Below, in pieces: positions 28,924 to 39,560 of a DNA stretch of 42,069 nt. Source of the DNA: an uncultured Clostridia bacterium (lineage in GTDB: Bacteria; Bacillota; Clostridia; TANB77; CAG-508). A program made the position numbers and the translations under genes. Where the stretch lies: NCBI GenBank assembly GCA_904420285.1, contig CAJFUM010000104.1:1-42069 (forward strand), in the 5' to 3' direction. The notes under the pieces are model-generated. The model saw nothing but the letters and a program-made list of their open reading frames with translations, searched no databases and was not told the DNA's origin. How positions within the stretch are numbered: the first letter of the stretch is position 1; each line of letters starts with the position of its first letter.

Positions 28924-28969
28924 AACTAAAGCATGGAATGGATGAACAATATATTTTTTTAAACTTATA

Positions 28970-29010
28970 AAGTTATCTACATAACAACATTGTGGATAAC
29001 TTTTTCTTTT
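28970..29010 (+). terminator. intrinsic terminator after the gatD-like gene
   Basis: Stem aagttatctaca / tgtggataactt (one G-U pair), 9-nt loop, then tttctttt. Confidence 0.65.
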
Positions 29011-29087
29011 GTCAAAGTATTGAAAAATATATAAAAGTATGATATAAGTTATTCGTAAAATATTTATTTTAGAAGTGAAGGTCAAAC

Positions 29088-30122
29088 GTGAAAAACATAA
29101 AAGAATATAATTTAGAAGAATTAAAAGAAGAATTAGAACAGCTAGGAGAAAAGAAATATAGAGCTGAACAAATATTCAAATGGATATATATAGATAAAGT
29201 AAAAGAATTTGATGAAATGACAAATTTATCTATTGAATTAAGAGAAAAATTAAAAAAAGAATATTCAATGTGCAATTTTAAAATATTAAAAAAACAAGAA
29301 TCTACAGATGGAACTAAAAAATACTTATTTGACGTATTAGATGGAAATGCAATAGAATCTGTACTTATGGAATATCATCATGGAAAAACTATATGTGTGT
29401 CTTCACAAATAGGTTGTAAAATGGGATGCAAATTTTGTGCATCTACAGGAATAAAATTTATTAGAAATTTAACTGCTGGAGAAATAGTAGAGCAAGTTTT
29501 GGCAGTGGAGCAAGATATAAAAGACAAAATTTCAAATATTGTTTTTATGGGAATAGGGGAACCTTTTGATAATTATGATAATGTAATGCATGCTATAAAA
29601 ATACTTAATAATCAAAAGGGATTAAATATAGGAGCAAGGCATATAAGTATTTCAACAAGTGGCTTAGTACCAATGATTTATAAATTTGCTGATGAAGATT
29701 TACAATGTACATTATCTATTTCACTACATGCTACAAATGATGCTAAAAGAAGTGAAATGATGCCAATTAATAATAGATATAATATAAAAGAGCTTATGGA
29801 AGCTTGCAAATACTATATAAAAAAGACTAATAAAAGAATTTCTTTTGAATATGCATTAGCTAAAGATAATAATGATAATTTAGATGATGCAAAAGAATTA
29901 GTAAAATTGCTAAAAGGCATGTTATGCCATGTTAATTTAATTCCAATTAATAAAATAGAAAATGGAAAGTATACCAAAAGTTCTAATGAAAATATAATAA
30001 AATTTAGAGATTATTTGAATGAAAAAGGAATTGTTGCAACAATAAGAAGAGAATTAGGATCTGATATTGATGCAGCATGTGGGCAATTAAGGAGAAAAAA
30101 TTTAGGCGAAGAAAATGCCTAA
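29088..30122 (+). CDS. rlmN: 23S rRNA/tRNA (adenine-C2)-methyltransferase RlmN (radical SAM)
   Basis: GTG start. YRAEQIFKWIY, radical-SAM motif CVSSQIGCKMGCKFCAS, and IPIN...DIDAACGQL. Confidence 0.9.
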   Translation: MKNIKEYNLEELKEELEQLGEKKYRAEQIFKWIYIDKVKEFDEMTNLSIELREKLKKEYSMCNFKILKKQESTDGTKKYLFDVLDGNAIESVLMEYHHGKTICVSSQIGCKMGCKFCASTGIKFIRNLTAGEIVEQVLAVEQDIKDKISNIVFMGIGEPFDNYDNVMHAIKILNNQKGLNIGARHISISTSGLVPMIYKFADEDLQCTLSISLHATNDAKRSEMMPINNRYNIKELMEACKYYIKKTNKRISFEYALAKDNNDNLDDAKELVKLLKGMLCHVNLIPINKIENGKYTKSSNENIIKFRDYLNEKGIVATIRRELGSDIDAACGQLRRKNLGEENA

Positions 30123-30146
30123 AAGAAAGGTTAGGTATATATAATA

Positions 30147-30869
30147 ATGGTTTTAGCAAAAACTGATATAGGAAAATTTAGAGAAATCAATCAAGATTTT
30201 TACTATATCTCAGAAGAAACAGATAGTCCACAACTATATATATTGGCAGATGGAATGGGTGGATATAAAGGTGGAGAAATAGCTAGTAAGCTTGCTACTG
30301 AATCTGTTAAAAAATATATTTTAAACAATTTTGATAAAATTATAAAAGAAAAAGAAGAAATATTAAAACTAATAAAAAGTTCTGTAGAATATGCCAATAT
30401 GGTGGTATATGAAAAATCAAAAGAAGTACCAGATTTAGAAGGAATGGGTACTACTTTGGAAGTTTGTTTAATATATAATAATAAGGCATATATAGGACAT
30501 GTTGGAGATAGTAGAATTTACAGAATAAGAAAAAATGTAATTAGAAAACTTACTAAGGACCATAGTTATGTTCAACAATTGGTAGAGGATAAGAAAATAA
30601 CAAGAGAAGAAGCAAAAAGCCATCCTAAGAAAAATATGCTTACAAAAGCACTTGGTTGTACTGCTTATGTAGAACCAGACATACGTGCAAGAAATTTTGA
30701 AAAAGGTGATATCTTCATCATCTGTTCAGATGGATTAACAAATATGGTTGAAGAGAGTAAGATTTACGAATTAGTTACAAATGATGTTAATACAGCAGCA
30801 GATAAATTAATAAATTTAGCAAATGAAGCTGGCGGATATGATAATATTACTATAATTATAATTAAATAA
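30147..30869 (+). CDS. stp: PP2C-family Ser/Thr phosphatase (Stp/PrpC)
   Basis: TDIGKFREINQD, ILADGMGGYKGGEIAS, GHVGDSRIY, CSDGLTNMV and GGYDNITIIII. Confidence 0.9.
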   Translation: MVLAKTDIGKFREINQDFYYISEETDSPQLYILADGMGGYKGGEIASKLATESVKKYILNNFDKIIKEKEEILKLIKSSVEYANMVVYEKSKEVPDLEGMGTTLEVCLIYNNKAYIGHVGDSRIYRIRKNVIRKLTKDHSYVQQLVEDKKITREEAKSHPKKNMLTKALGCTAYVEPDIRARNFEKGDIFIICSDGLTNMVEESKIYELVTNDVNTAADKLINLANEAGGYDNITIIIIK

Positions 30870-30885
30870 GAGGAGAAGATTGTTT

Positions 30886-32853
30886 ATGAATCTGGAAGGT
30901 AAACTAATAGGAAATAGATATGAAATACTAGAGAAAATTGGAAATGGGGGAATGGCAACAGTATATAAAGCACAAGATACAGTACTAAGAAGATATGTTG
31001 CAATAAAAGTATTAAGAGAAGAATTTACTACAGATGAGGAATTTATTAGAAGATTTAATACAGAAGCTCAATCTGCAGCAAGTTTAGCACATCAAAATAT
31101 AGTATCTATATATGATGTAGGAATGGAAGACAATATATACTATATTGTAATGGAATTAATACAAGGAAAAACTTTAAAAGAAATAATAGATGAAGATGGA
31201 GTATTACCATGGAAATGGTCATTGAATATAGCTATACAAATAGCTTCTGCATTAGAAGTAGCACATAAAAACAATATAGTACATAGAGATATAAAACCTC
31301 ATAATATAATAATAACTGAAGACGGAATAGCTAAGGTTACAGACTTTGGAATAGCTAAAGCAGTTTCAAATTCAACTATTACAGCTTTTGGAACTACAAT
31401 TGGTTCTGTACACTACTTCTCTCCAGAACATGCAAGAGGAGGATATACAGATGCTAAATCAGATTTATATTCTTTAGGTGTGGTAATGTATGAAATGTTA
31501 ACAGGAAGGGTACCATTTGATGCAGATACACCAGTTTCAATAGCTTTAAAACATATGCAAGAAAAACCTGTAGAACCAATAAAACTTAATCCATCAATAC
31601 CATATTCAGTAAATAAAATAATAATGAAAGCAATGGAAAAAGATTTAAATTTACGTTATCAATCTGCAACAGAAATGCTAAAAGATTTAAACATGGCACT
31701 AAAAGATCCAGATGGAGATTTTGTTAAAACATCTTCTAATGATATGGCATATACACAAAGAATAGAAACAATACCAGAAAGTGCAACAAACCAAAATAGA
31801 AATACAGAAGAAAACAAAAAAGATACTAATAAAAAAGGTAAATTAAAGCAATATTTTGAAAAACACCCAGCAATGAAAGTAGTACTAATAATTTTATTAA
31901 TAATATTAATACCAGTTATAGTATTCTTTGGAACACAAGCAATATTAAATATTGGAAGAGTTAAAGATGTTGCATTACCTAACTTTGTAAATATGACTAG
32001 AGAAGAAGCAGAAAACCTTGCTAAAGAATCTAAATTGGTTTTAGAAATAACAGAAGAATATAACTCAGATGTTGAAGCAGGAAAAATAGCTATACAAGAT
32101 CCACCATATTTAGAAGGATATACAGTAAAAGAAAACTCAACAATAAAATTAGTTTTGAGTAAAGGAGAAAATATAAGAAAAGTACCTAAAGTAACTGGAA
32201 TGACTAGAGACGAAGCAATACAATCAATAGAAACAGAAGAATTAAAATATGAAGTAATAGAAGAAGCAAGTAGTAAGGTTGAAGCAGGTTATGTTATAAG
32301 ACAAGATCCTGATGCAGACGAAGAATTAAATGCTGGTGAAACAGTAAAAATTTATGTAAGCACAGGAATTAAACAAATTACAATGGAATATGTAATTGGA
32401 GAAACAGAAGAAAATGCTAAGAAAACATTAACAGAATTAGGATTTGAAGTAAAAGTAGTTTATGAAGAAGATACGACAAAAGATGATGGTACAGTTTTAA
32501 AACAAAGTATAGATGTTGGAACAACTGTTGCTGATGGTACAGAAGTAACAATTACCGTAAATAAAATAGAGAAAATAAAAAATGGAACGGTTAATGTTAA
32601 TTTAAAATCTTTAACAGGAGGCAAAATCGAGCTTGATGAAGATGGAAATGAAATCAATCCAACAGTAGAACTAAGAATAGAAGTAAACGATGAAACTGTA
32701 TATAATGGAAGTCAGAGAAAAGACGTTGAAAATTTTACAAAAACAATATCAGGTAAAGGAACCGTTACAGTTAAAATATTTATTGATGGAGTAAAAGAAG
32801 ATGAAAGACAATTAAATTTAAATACAGATAATCCTGTATTAAATATAGATTAA
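30886..32853 (+). CDS. prkC: Ser/Thr protein kinase with PASTA repeats (PrkC/PknB type)
   Basis: ATG 30886 lies 10 nt after SD aggag; the track's TTG 30880 is less likely. Kinase motifs GNGGMATVYKA, HRDIKPHNI and DFGIAK, then a TM helix, three PASTA-like repeats and a C-terminal beta domain. Confidence 0.9.
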   Translation: MNLEGKLIGNRYEILEKIGNGGMATVYKAQDTVLRRYVAIKVLREEFTTDEEFIRRFNTEAQSAASLAHQNIVSIYDVGMEDNIYYIVMELIQGKTLKEIIDEDGVLPWKWSLNIAIQIASALEVAHKNNIVHRDIKPHNIIITEDGIAKVTDFGIAKAVSNSTITAFGTTIGSVHYFSPEHARGGYTDAKSDLYSLGVVMYEMLTGRVPFDADTPVSIALKHMQEKPVEPIKLNPSIPYSVNKIIMKAMEKDLNLRYQSATEMLKDLNMALKDPDGDFVKTSSNDMAYTQRIETIPESATNQNRNTEENKKDTNKKGKLKQYFEKHPAMKVVLIILLIILIPVIVFFGTQAILNIGRVKDVALPNFVNMTREEAENLAKESKLVLEITEEYNSDVEAGKIAIQDPPYLEGYTVKENSTIKLVLSKGENIRKVPKVTGMTRDEAIQSIETEELKYEVIEEASSKVEAGYVIRQDPDADEELNAGETVKIYVSTGIKQITMEYVIGETEENAKKTLTELGFEVKVVYEEDTTKDDGTVLKQSIDVGTTVADGTEVTITVNKIEKIKNGTVNVNLKSLTGGKIELDEDGNEINPTVELRIEVNDETVYNGSQRKDVENFTKTISGKGTVTVKIFIDGVKEDERQLNLNTDNPVLNID

Positions 32854-32859
32854 AAAATA

Positions 32860-32885
32860 AAACCACATGCTTTCATGTGGTTTTA
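32860..32885 (+). terminator. intrinsic terminator after prkC
   Basis: Stem aaccacatg / catgtggtt with a 4-nt loop, then tttt. Confidence 0.7.
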
Positions 32886-32935
32886 TGAAAAGTAAATTCA
32901 TGAGAGAAATTTTAAAATAATAAAAGGAGTAAGTT

Positions 32936-33790
32936 GTGCCAAAAGGAATAGTTATAAGTAATAAATCAAATCTGTATAAAGTAGAGCAAAATAATATTAT
33001 ATATGATTGTAATGCTAGGGGAAAATTTAAAAATGAAGATATTAGCCCAGTTGCAGGAGATAAAGTAGAAATAGAAATAATAGATTCAGAGAAAAAAAGT
33101 GGCGTTATAACTGAAATACATGAAAGATTTAACTTTTTAAAACGACCTAAAATGGCTAATCTTTCTCAATTAATATTAGTTATATCAATGAAACTACCTA
33201 AACCAGACTTATTATTACTAGATAAACAATTAGCTTATTCAGAATTAATTAAAGTAAAACCTATTATTTGTTTAAACAAAATAGATTTAGAATCTGAAAA
33301 AAAGGTTGATGAAATATATAATCTATATACTAAAATAGGATATAAAGTTATAAAAACTAATGCTAAAACAGGAGAAGGAATAGATGAAATAAAAAGTATT
33401 TTAAATAATAATATAACAGCTTTTTCTGGAAATTCTGGAGTAGGTAAATCTTCTTTAATTAATAAAATATTAGATAATGATACAACTTTAGAAGGAAGTA
33501 TAAGCGAAAAAAATAAAAGAGGAAAAAATACTACTACACAAGTTACTTTATATAAAATTGGAACAGATTCATATATTGCTGATACTCCTGGATTTTCTAC
33601 TTTTGAAATAACAGAAATAGATAAAAAAGATTTAGCTAACTATTTTAAAGAATTTAAGCCATATATTGGCGAATGTGAATTCGCAGATTGTAAGCACATA
33701 AAAGAGGAAAATTGTGCTATTAAAAATGCAGTAAAAGAAGGCTTTATATCAACTGATAGGTATGAAAGATTTTTAAATTTACTAAAATAA
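32936..33790 (+). CDS. rsgA: ribosome small-subunit-dependent GTPase A
   Basis: GTG start after SD aaaggag. Circularly permuted GTPase motifs LNKIDL and GNSGVGKSSLINKIL, plus the zinc motif CEFADCKHIKEENCAI. Confidence 0.9.
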   Translation: MPKGIVISNKSNLYKVEQNNIIYDCNARGKFKNEDISPVAGDKVEIEIIDSEKKSGVITEIHERFNFLKRPKMANLSQLILVISMKLPKPDLLLLDKQLAYSELIKVKPIICLNKIDLESEKKVDEIYNLYTKIGYKVIKTNAKTGEGIDEIKSILNNNITAFSGNSGVGKSSLINKILDNDTTLEGSISEKNKRGKNTTTQVTLYKIGTDSYIADTPGFSTFEITEIDKKDLANYFKEFKPYIGECEFADCKHIKEENCAIKNAVKEGFISTDRYERFLNLLK

Positions 33791-33863
33791 GAAACACTTA
33801 ATGGAGTTTAAAGAAAGGAGAGTATGTATATTTAAATTATTAAATATATCATACAAGGTTAAA

Positions 33864-34520
33864 ATGGAAATATCAACATCAATTTTAAATGTAGAAAAAG
33901 ATAATTGCATTAAAACTTTTTATAATTTAGAAACAGCAGGAACAGATTATTTTCATATAGATGTAATGGATGGGAAATTCGTAGAAAATAATACTACAGA
34001 ATTAATGTTAGAATATACTGAATATCTTAACACAATTACGAATCTACCATTAGATATACACCTAATGGTAGAAGATGTATTTTCATACATAAAAAGTTTT
34101 TTGATTTTTGAACCTAATAATATTACAATACATTATGAAGCGGCTAAAACAAGTGAAGAATTAAAACAATGGATAAATTATATAAAAGAAAATAATTGTA
34201 AAGTAGGAATTAGTATTAAACCAAATACAGAATTAGAAAAAATATATGAATTTTTGCCATATATACATACAGTTTTAATTATGACTGTTGAACCTGGAAA
34301 AGGTGGACAAGCTCTAATTCCTTCAACAATAGATAAAATAAGAAAACTAAAAAAATATATTATAGAAAATAATTTAGAAGTAGATATAGAAGCAGATGGA
34401 GGAATTAATTTAAATAATTATTTAGAACTAAAAAATGCAGGATGTGATATAATAGTAGCTGGAACAGCTATTATCAATTCGAAAGATTTTAAAGAGACAA
34501 TAAAAAAATTGAAGATATAA
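33864..34520 (+). CDS. rpe: ribulose-phosphate 3-epimerase
   Basis: [12 protein letters not shown] matches the canonical Rpe N-terminus, so the track's upstream start at 33801 adds 21 non-homologous aa. Also [28 protein letters not shown] and DGGIN. Confidence 0.85.
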   Translation: MEISTSILNVEKDNCIKTFYNLETAGTDYFHIDVMDGKFVENNTTELMLEYTEYLNTITNLPLDIHLMVEDVFSYIKSFLIFEPNNITIHYEAAKTSEELKQWINYIKENNCKVGISIKPNTELEKIYEFLPYIHTVLIMTVEPGKGGQALIPSTIDKIRKLKKYIIENNLEVDIEADGGINLNNYLELKNAGCDIIVAGTAIINSKDFKETIKKLKI

Positions 34521-34570
34521 AACTAAATTTAATTTTATTAGAGCATTCAATTGCTCGAATGGAGGTTTTT

Positions 34571-36172
34571 ATGAAAACTAAATACATTTTCGTAACAGGT
34601 GGAGTAGTATCTGGTTTAGGAAAGGGAATTACAGCTGCTTCTTTAGGCAGATTATTAAAAAATAGGGGGTATAAAGTTGTAAATCAAAAGTTCGATCCAT
34701 ATATAAATGTGGATCCAGGAACAATGAGCCCATATGAGCATGGAGAAGTATTTGTAACAGATGATGGAACTGAAACAGACTTAGATTTAGGACATTATGA
34801 AAGATTTACAGACGAGAATCTAACTAAAGACTCTAGTATAACAATGGGAAAAATTTATCAAGAAGTAATAGAAAGAGAAAGAAGAGGAGATTATTTAGGA
34901 AAAACTGTACAAGTTATACCACATATAACAAATGCAATAAAAGAAAAAATATATTCATTTGAAAAATCTGGAGCAGATATTGTAATAACAGAGCTTGGTG
35001 GAACAGTAGGAGATATTGAAGGATTGTCTATAATAGAAGCAATAAGACAAGTTGGGTTAGAAAATGCACCAGAAGATGTAATGTATATACATGTAACATT
35101 ATTACCATATATATATGGATCTAACGAATTAAAATCAAAACCTACACAACACTCTGTAAAAGAGTTACAGTCTTTTGGAATAAAACCAGATATATTAGTT
35201 TGTAGAACAGAAATAGATTTGCCAGAAAACCTAAGAGAAAAAATAGCATTATTCTGTAATGTAAAAAAAGAAAGTGTAATTGCAAATAAAAACGCAAGTT
35301 GTCTATATGAGGTTCCTTTGATGTTGGAAAAAGAAGGATTAGCTGTAGAAGTTTGTAAACATTTAAAACTAGACAATATAAAACCAAATAATGCAGAATG
35401 GGAAGAACTAAATGAAAAAATAAAAAATCTTCCAGCCAACGAAATTGTGGTTGGAGTAGTAGGAAAGTATACTAAACTAGAAGACTCATATTTATCAGTA
35501 ATAGAAAGTTTAAAACATGCAGGTATACAAAACAATGTAAATGTAAAAGCAAAATTAATAGATGCAGAGAAAATAAATGAAAATAATGTAAAAGAAATGT
35601 TAGAAGAGTGTTCAGGAATAGTAGTACCAGGAGGATTTGGAAATAGAGGAATAGAAGGTAAAATTCAAACAATAAAATATGTAAGAGAAAACAATATACC
35701 ATTTTTAGGAATATGCTTAGGAATGCAAATGGCTGTAGTAGAATTTGCAAGAGATGTTTTAAAAATGCCAGATGCAAATTCAGAAGAATTTGATGAAATA
35801 GCAGAAAATCCTGTTATTCATATTATGTATGATCAAAAGGATATTTCTAAAAAAGGTGGAACAATGAGATTAGGAAGCTACCCATGTATTTTAAAAAAGG
35901 GAAGTTTAGCAGAAAAAGTATATAATAAAACAGAAATAGCAGAAAGACATCGTCATCGTTTTGAATATAATAATGATTATAGAGAAGAAATGGAAAAAAA
36001 CGGATTAATAGTTTCTGGTACTTCTCCAGATGGAAGCTTAGTAGAAATAGTAGAAATAAAAGAACATCCATACTTTATAGCATGTCAATTTCACCCAGAA
36101 TTTAAATCAAGACCAGATAAACCAGCACCTCTATTCATTAACTTAATTAAAGCTATAGTAAATAAAAAATAG
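34571..36172 (+). CDS. pyrG: CTP synthase
   Basis: ATG 34571 follows SD ggagg. [45 protein letters not shown], and the GATase motifs GICLGMQ and HRHRFE. Confidence 0.95.
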   Translation: MKTKYIFVTGGVVSGLGKGITAASLGRLLKNRGYKVVNQKFDPYINVDPGTMSPYEHGEVFVTDDGTETDLDLGHYERFTDENLTKDSSITMGKIYQEVIERERRGDYLGKTVQVIPHITNAIKEKIYSFEKSGADIVITELGGTVGDIEGLSIIEAIRQVGLENAPEDVMYIHVTLLPYIYGSNELKSKPTQHSVKELQSFGIKPDILVCRTEIDLPENLREKIALFCNVKKESVIANKNASCLYEVPLMLEKEGLAVEVCKHLKLDNIKPNNAEWEELNEKIKNLPANEIVVGVVGKYTKLEDSYLSVIESLKHAGIQNNVNVKAKLIDAEKINENNVKEMLEECSGIVVPGGFGNRGIEGKIQTIKYVRENNIPFLGICLGMQMAVVEFARDVLKMPDANSEEFDEIAENPVIHIMYDQKDISKKGGTMRLGSYPCILKKGSLAEKVYNKTEIAERHRHRFEYNNDYREEMEKNGLIVSGTSPDGSLVEIVEIKEHPYFIACQFHPEFKSRPDKPAPLFINLIKAIVNKK

Positions 36173-36176
36173 TATA

Positions 36177-36206
36177 TAAAAAAAGCACCAATATTGGTGC
36201 TTTTCT
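36177..36206. terminator. bidirectional terminator between pyrG and 36221-37348(-)
   Basis: Palindrome aaaagcaccaat / attggtgctttt, flanked by an A-run and a T-run. Confidence 0.75.
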
Positions 36207-36220
36207 TAACTTTATATATT

Positions 36221-37348
36221 CTATTGTTTTTCAGTTTCTGGAGATGTTTTAACTCTTTTATAACTATTAATACTTAGAATTCCTAATCCTATAATAGCTG
36301 TTATAAATGTAATAGGTTTTCCAACATATGGTATATAACGTATTAAATTAATTATTAACACTATTAGAAGTGAGAATAGAACAAAAGCAGTGTTTTTATT
36401 AAAATTAAATTTACTAGCTAATAATTTACCAATTGAAATACTAAATACAGTATTTGCAATAGAATAAGCTAGTAATAATAAGCCTATACTTGCAACAGCT
36501 ATTCCAGCTCCATAACCATATGTAAATAATAATAAAATAAATGCAGCTATAATTATTCCAAAGAAAACAAGTAAACCAATTCCAAATGCCTTTAAATTAC
36601 TTTTAGTTATAATTTCACAAGCTTTGTCTTTAAAGTTAGGTGATAGCCAAATTGATAACATTATAACTACAAAAGAAAAAATTAAAGCAGAAATAGCATT
36701 AGTTAAAATAGATAATGCTGTATTTGTAGGATTTTTAGTTAAAGCAGTATATTTTATTTCACCTTTTACTAATTCATCAGGTATTTCTATTTCGTTTTCA
36801 GAAGAATAATTAAAATTACCCTCAATTATAGCATTTTCACTTTCTGCAAATGAAATATTGTTTGCTGTAATAAATGCATCTCTAGAAATTTTTCCATTTA
36901 AAGAAACATTATTTGAAGAAACATACAAATTTCTAGCAATTATACTTTCAGACTCCATTGAAAAATTAGAAGCGAAAGCATAAATATCAGATGCTATACC
37001 AGAAAAAGATATGTTATTAGAAAATGCAAATATATTTCCGTGAATAATAGCATCTTCATTAATTGTTAAATTATTTGAAAAAACTAATAAATCACCATAT
37101 ATTTCTCCAGTAACATTTACATTAGAACCATAAATAAAAGCATTTCCATCAATTATTTGAGAAATATTTACTTCTACACCAACTTTAAATAAATCAGATG
37201 ATACAAAATCATAATCTGTTTCAAAAGATTGAATTACATTCTCAGAACTAGTATTAGTAATATTTGTTCCAAATACATTGCTAGATAAAACTAAAAATAG
37301 AATTAATATAGCACACAATATAATTTTATTAAAAAATTTAGTTTTCAA
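36221..37348 (-). CDS. secreted/membrane protein with bactofilin-like beta-helical repeats and a C-terminal polytopic membrane domain
   Basis: SD aaggagggg. Signal/TM IILCAILILFLVLSS, repeated G.I.G.L motifs (GSNVNVTGEIYGDLLVFSNNLTINEDAIIHGNIFAFSNNISFSG...), then about 5 TM helices. Confidence 0.5.
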   Translation of the reverse strand: MKTKFFNKIILCAILILFLVLSSNVFGTNITNTSSENVIQSFETDYDFVSSDLFKVGVEVNISQIIDGNAFIYGSNVNVTGEIYGDLLVFSNNLTINEDAIIHGNIFAFSNNISFSGIASDIYAFASNFSMESESIIARNLYVSSNNVSLNGKISRDAFITANNISFAESENAIIEGNFNYSSENEIEIPDELVKGEIKYTALTKNPTNTALSILTNAISALIFSFVVIMLSIWLSPNFKDKACEIITKSNLKAFGIGLLVFFGIIIAAFILLLFTYGYGAGIAVASIGLLLLAYSIANTVFSISIGKLLASKFNFNKNTAFVLFSLLIVLIINLIRYIPYVGKPITFITAIIGLGILSINSYKRVKTSPETEKQ

Positions 37349-37448
37349 AAAAACCCCTCCTTATATTATATATGAACAATAATATAATTTTATAAGAGGT
37401 TTGTCAATTATTATTTTAATAAATTACAGTTATACATAAAACCAATTA

Positions 37449-37571
37449 CTATTTTTTAGAATAATATACACAATCTTTATTAGAAGATATTTTTTGACTT
37501 TCTATATTTTCTAAATGACATTTTCCATCAACTTGATATTTACAATCACAAGAACAATTTATATTTGTCAA
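37449..37571 (-). CDS. small Cys-rich protein (40 aa, DUF1540-like pattern)
   Basis: TTG start at 37571-37569, 7 nt after SD gaggtg. Sequence (M)TNINCSCDCKYQVDGKCHLENIESQKISSNKDCVYYSKK. The upstream part of the 77-aa track ORF overlaps the nth 3' end and looks non-coding. Confidence 0.35.
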   Translation of the reverse strand: MTNINCSCDCKYQVDGKCHLENIESQKISSNKDCVYYSKK

Positions 37572-37659
37572 AGTAAAACACCTCACAAAATATATTATGG
37601 AATAGATTTTATAAAATATACAAGAAAATACAAAATGAAAAATAGTATTAATAAAAATA

Positions 37660-38292
37660 CTATTTTTTAATACAATATTCACATAATTCTTTTATAGGAC
37701 ACTGATCACATTTTGGTGATCGAGCTGTACAAATTGCTCTACCATGATAAATAAGCACATGATTAATATCTTTTAAATATTCATATGGAAATAATTTCAA
37801 TAGATCTTGTTCAATTTTTTCTGGTGTAGTTTCAGAAGAAAATCCAATTCTATTTGAAAGTCTTTTTGCATGTGTATCTACAGCAATACCTTGTGGTTTG
37901 TTAAATGCTTCAAGCATAACTACATTTGCAGTTTTTCTACCAACACCAGGTAAAGTTAGTAGCTCTTCCATACTTTCAGGAACTTTTCCATTAAATTCAT
38001 TTACTATTTTATGAGCAGTAAGCTTAATATTTTTTGCTTTATTTTTATAAAAACCGCAAGGATGAATTAATTCTTCCAATGTTTCCAAATCCATATTATC
38101 AAAATCACTAGGAGTAGAATATTTATTAAATATGTTAGGAGTTGTTTTATTTACTCTTTCATCTGTACATTGAGCAGATAATATAACTGCAACAAGCATT
38201 TCAAATGGAGTAGAAAAATCTAAGCTACATTTAGCATCTGGATATGATTTTTTTAAAATTTCAATTATTTTTATTGCTTTATTTTTTTCCAT
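37660..38292 (-). CDS. nth: endonuclease III (HhH-GPD DNA glycosylase, 4Fe-4S)
   Basis: ILSAQCTDERVN, LLTLPGVGRKTANVVM, DTHAKR, and the cluster motif CTARSPKCDQCPIKELC. Confidence 0.9.
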   Translation of the reverse strand: MEKNKAIKIIEILKKSYPDAKCSLDFSTPFEMLVAVILSAQCTDERVNKTTPNIFNKYSTPSDFDNMDLETLEELIHPCGFYKNKAKNIKLTAHKIVNEFNGKVPESMEELLTLPGVGRKTANVVMLEAFNKPQGIAVDTHAKRLSNRIGFSSETTPEKIEQDLLKLFPYEYLKDINHVLIYHGRAICTARSPKCDQCPIKELCEYCIKK

Positions 38293-38451
38293 AATATAAA
38301 TTCGATCCTTTCATTTTCTAGTTCTAAATTATAAAATTTATTAGAACAACAATAGTATAACATATAATTGAACTTTTTAAAAGTAACCATAAAATGGTAA
38401 CAAATAAGTTAGAAAAATAATATAATATATAAACGATAGGAGGTAGTAAAT

Positions 38452-38601
38452 ATGTTATGTGCATTAAAGAAAACAATAGCAGTTTGTTTAATAGGGTTGG
38501 GGTTAGGAATGTTATTAGTTTTATTACTTCCTATTTCTGGATGGTTATTTATGATTGGAGCAATAGTTATAATAGTTGGTTTAATGTGGTTATGTTGTTA
38601 A
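38452..38601 (+). CDS. small membrane protein (49 aa), below the ORF-track cutoff
   Basis: SD taggaggt 6 nt before the ATG. Sequence MLCALKKTIAVCLIGLGLGMLLVLLLPISGWLFMIGAIVIIVGLMWLCC, with two predicted TM helices. Confidence 0.45.
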   Translation: MLCALKKTIAVCLIGLGLGMLLVLLLPISGWLFMIGAIVIIVGLMWLCC

Positions 38602-38616
38602 AGGAGTGTGAATAGT

Positions 38617-38697
38617 ATGACAATTGTTGTTAAAAAAGTACCAAAATTCTTAAGAGGAATTGTAAAATTTATATTTGGAATAAAAGACAATACATAA
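38617..38697 (+). CDS. possible 26-aa peptide translationally coupled to the 49-aa ORF
   Basis: SD aaggag (38601-38606) overlaps the upstream stop codon. ATG at 38617. Sequence MTIVVKKVPKFLRGIVKFIFGIKDNT. Confidence 0.25.
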   Translation: MTIVVKKVPKFLRGIVKFIFGIKDNT

Positions 38698-38801
38698 GAA
38701 GAAATATAAGTTGAATCTGGGGCAAATTCTAATAATTGCTTCAGATTTTTTCTTGCAAATACTAAAAAATATGGTATAATTGTATAATATATGGAGGAGA
38801 T

Positions 38802-39542
38802 ATGTACAAATTTTTTGTTGAAGATGAACAAATATATGGAAATAATATTAAAATTATAGGGGAAGACATAAAACATATAGATAGAGTATTAAGACTTAAG
38901 ACATCAGATGAAATAATTATTTGTAATAAAGAAACAGGAAAAAGTTATGTTGCAGAAATTTTAGATATAACCAAAGATTATATTAACTGCATAATAAAAA
39001 ATGATGTTTTAAATTCAACTGAAAGCAATATAGAAGTTGATTTATTCCAAGGTTTGCCTAAGCTAGATAAAATGGAATACATTATACAAAAATCTACTGA
39101 ACTCGGGGTAAAAAATATATATCCTGTTGCTTTTGAAAGAAGTATTGTAAAAATAGATGAAAAAAATGAATTAAAAAAGATAGAAAGATGGCAAAAAATT
39201 GCTGAAGTTGCTTCAAAGCAAAGTAAAAGAGACTATATACCTACAATAAATAATGTTATAAATATAGAAAATATTTGCAAAAAGGTAAGCGAATATGATA
39301 TGATATTATTAGCTTTTGAAAATGAGAATAACTTTTCATTAAAAGATGCTCTTAGCAATACAAAGAAAAATAATTTGAAAATAGGAATTATTGTAGGACC
39401 AGAAGGTGGAATAAGCGAAAAAGAAGTAACAAAGCTTACAGATGCAGGAATAAAATGTATAACTCTTGGGAAAAGAATATTAAGGACAGAAACAGCTTCA
39501 TTAATGATACTTAGTAACATAATATATGAATTTGAATTATAA
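38802..39542 (+). CDS. rsmE: 16S rRNA (uracil1498-N3)-methyltransferase
   Basis: MYKFFVED..., DIKHIDRVLRLK, GIIVGPEGGISEKEV and LGKRILRTETA. Confidence 0.85.
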   Translation: MYKFFVEDEQIYGNNIKIIGEDIKHIDRVLRLKTSDEIIICNKETGKSYVAEILDITKDYINCIIKNDVLNSTESNIEVDLFQGLPKLDKMEYIIQKSTELGVKNIYPVAFERSIVKIDEKNELKKIERWQKIAEVASKQSKRDYIPTINNVINIENICKKVSEYDMILLAFENENNFSLKDALSNTKKNNLKIGIIVGPEGGISEKEVTKLTDAGIKCITLGKRILRTETASLMILSNIIYEFEL

Positions 39543-39560
39543 TGATATGGAGGAGAAAAG

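Noticed and set aside
28970-29002. Two DnaA-box-like 9-mers in inverted orientation (ttatctaca, and tgtggataa = complement of TTATCCACA)
   Set aside because: They form the two arms of the terminator hairpin after the gatD-like gene. There are only two boxes, no dnaA/dnaN and no unwinding-element context, so this is not an origin.
33801-33863. Upstream start of rpe giving a 21-aa N-terminal extension (MEFKERRVCIFKLLNISYKVK)
   Set aside because: Canonical Rpe proteins begin at the M.I..SIL motif, which here is the Met at 33864. The extension has no homology.
34541-34556. Hairpin gagca/tgctc in the pyrG leader as a CTP-sensing attenuator
   Set aside because: The stem is only 5 bp and no U-run follows directly. 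The T-run lies after the SD. This is insufficient to call a terminator or antiterminator.
34891-35777. Several minus-strand ORFs (34891-35535, 35142-35387, 35472-35777) inside pyrG
   Set aside because: They are antisense shadows of a highly conserved gene. They have hydrophobic junk composition and no translation signals.
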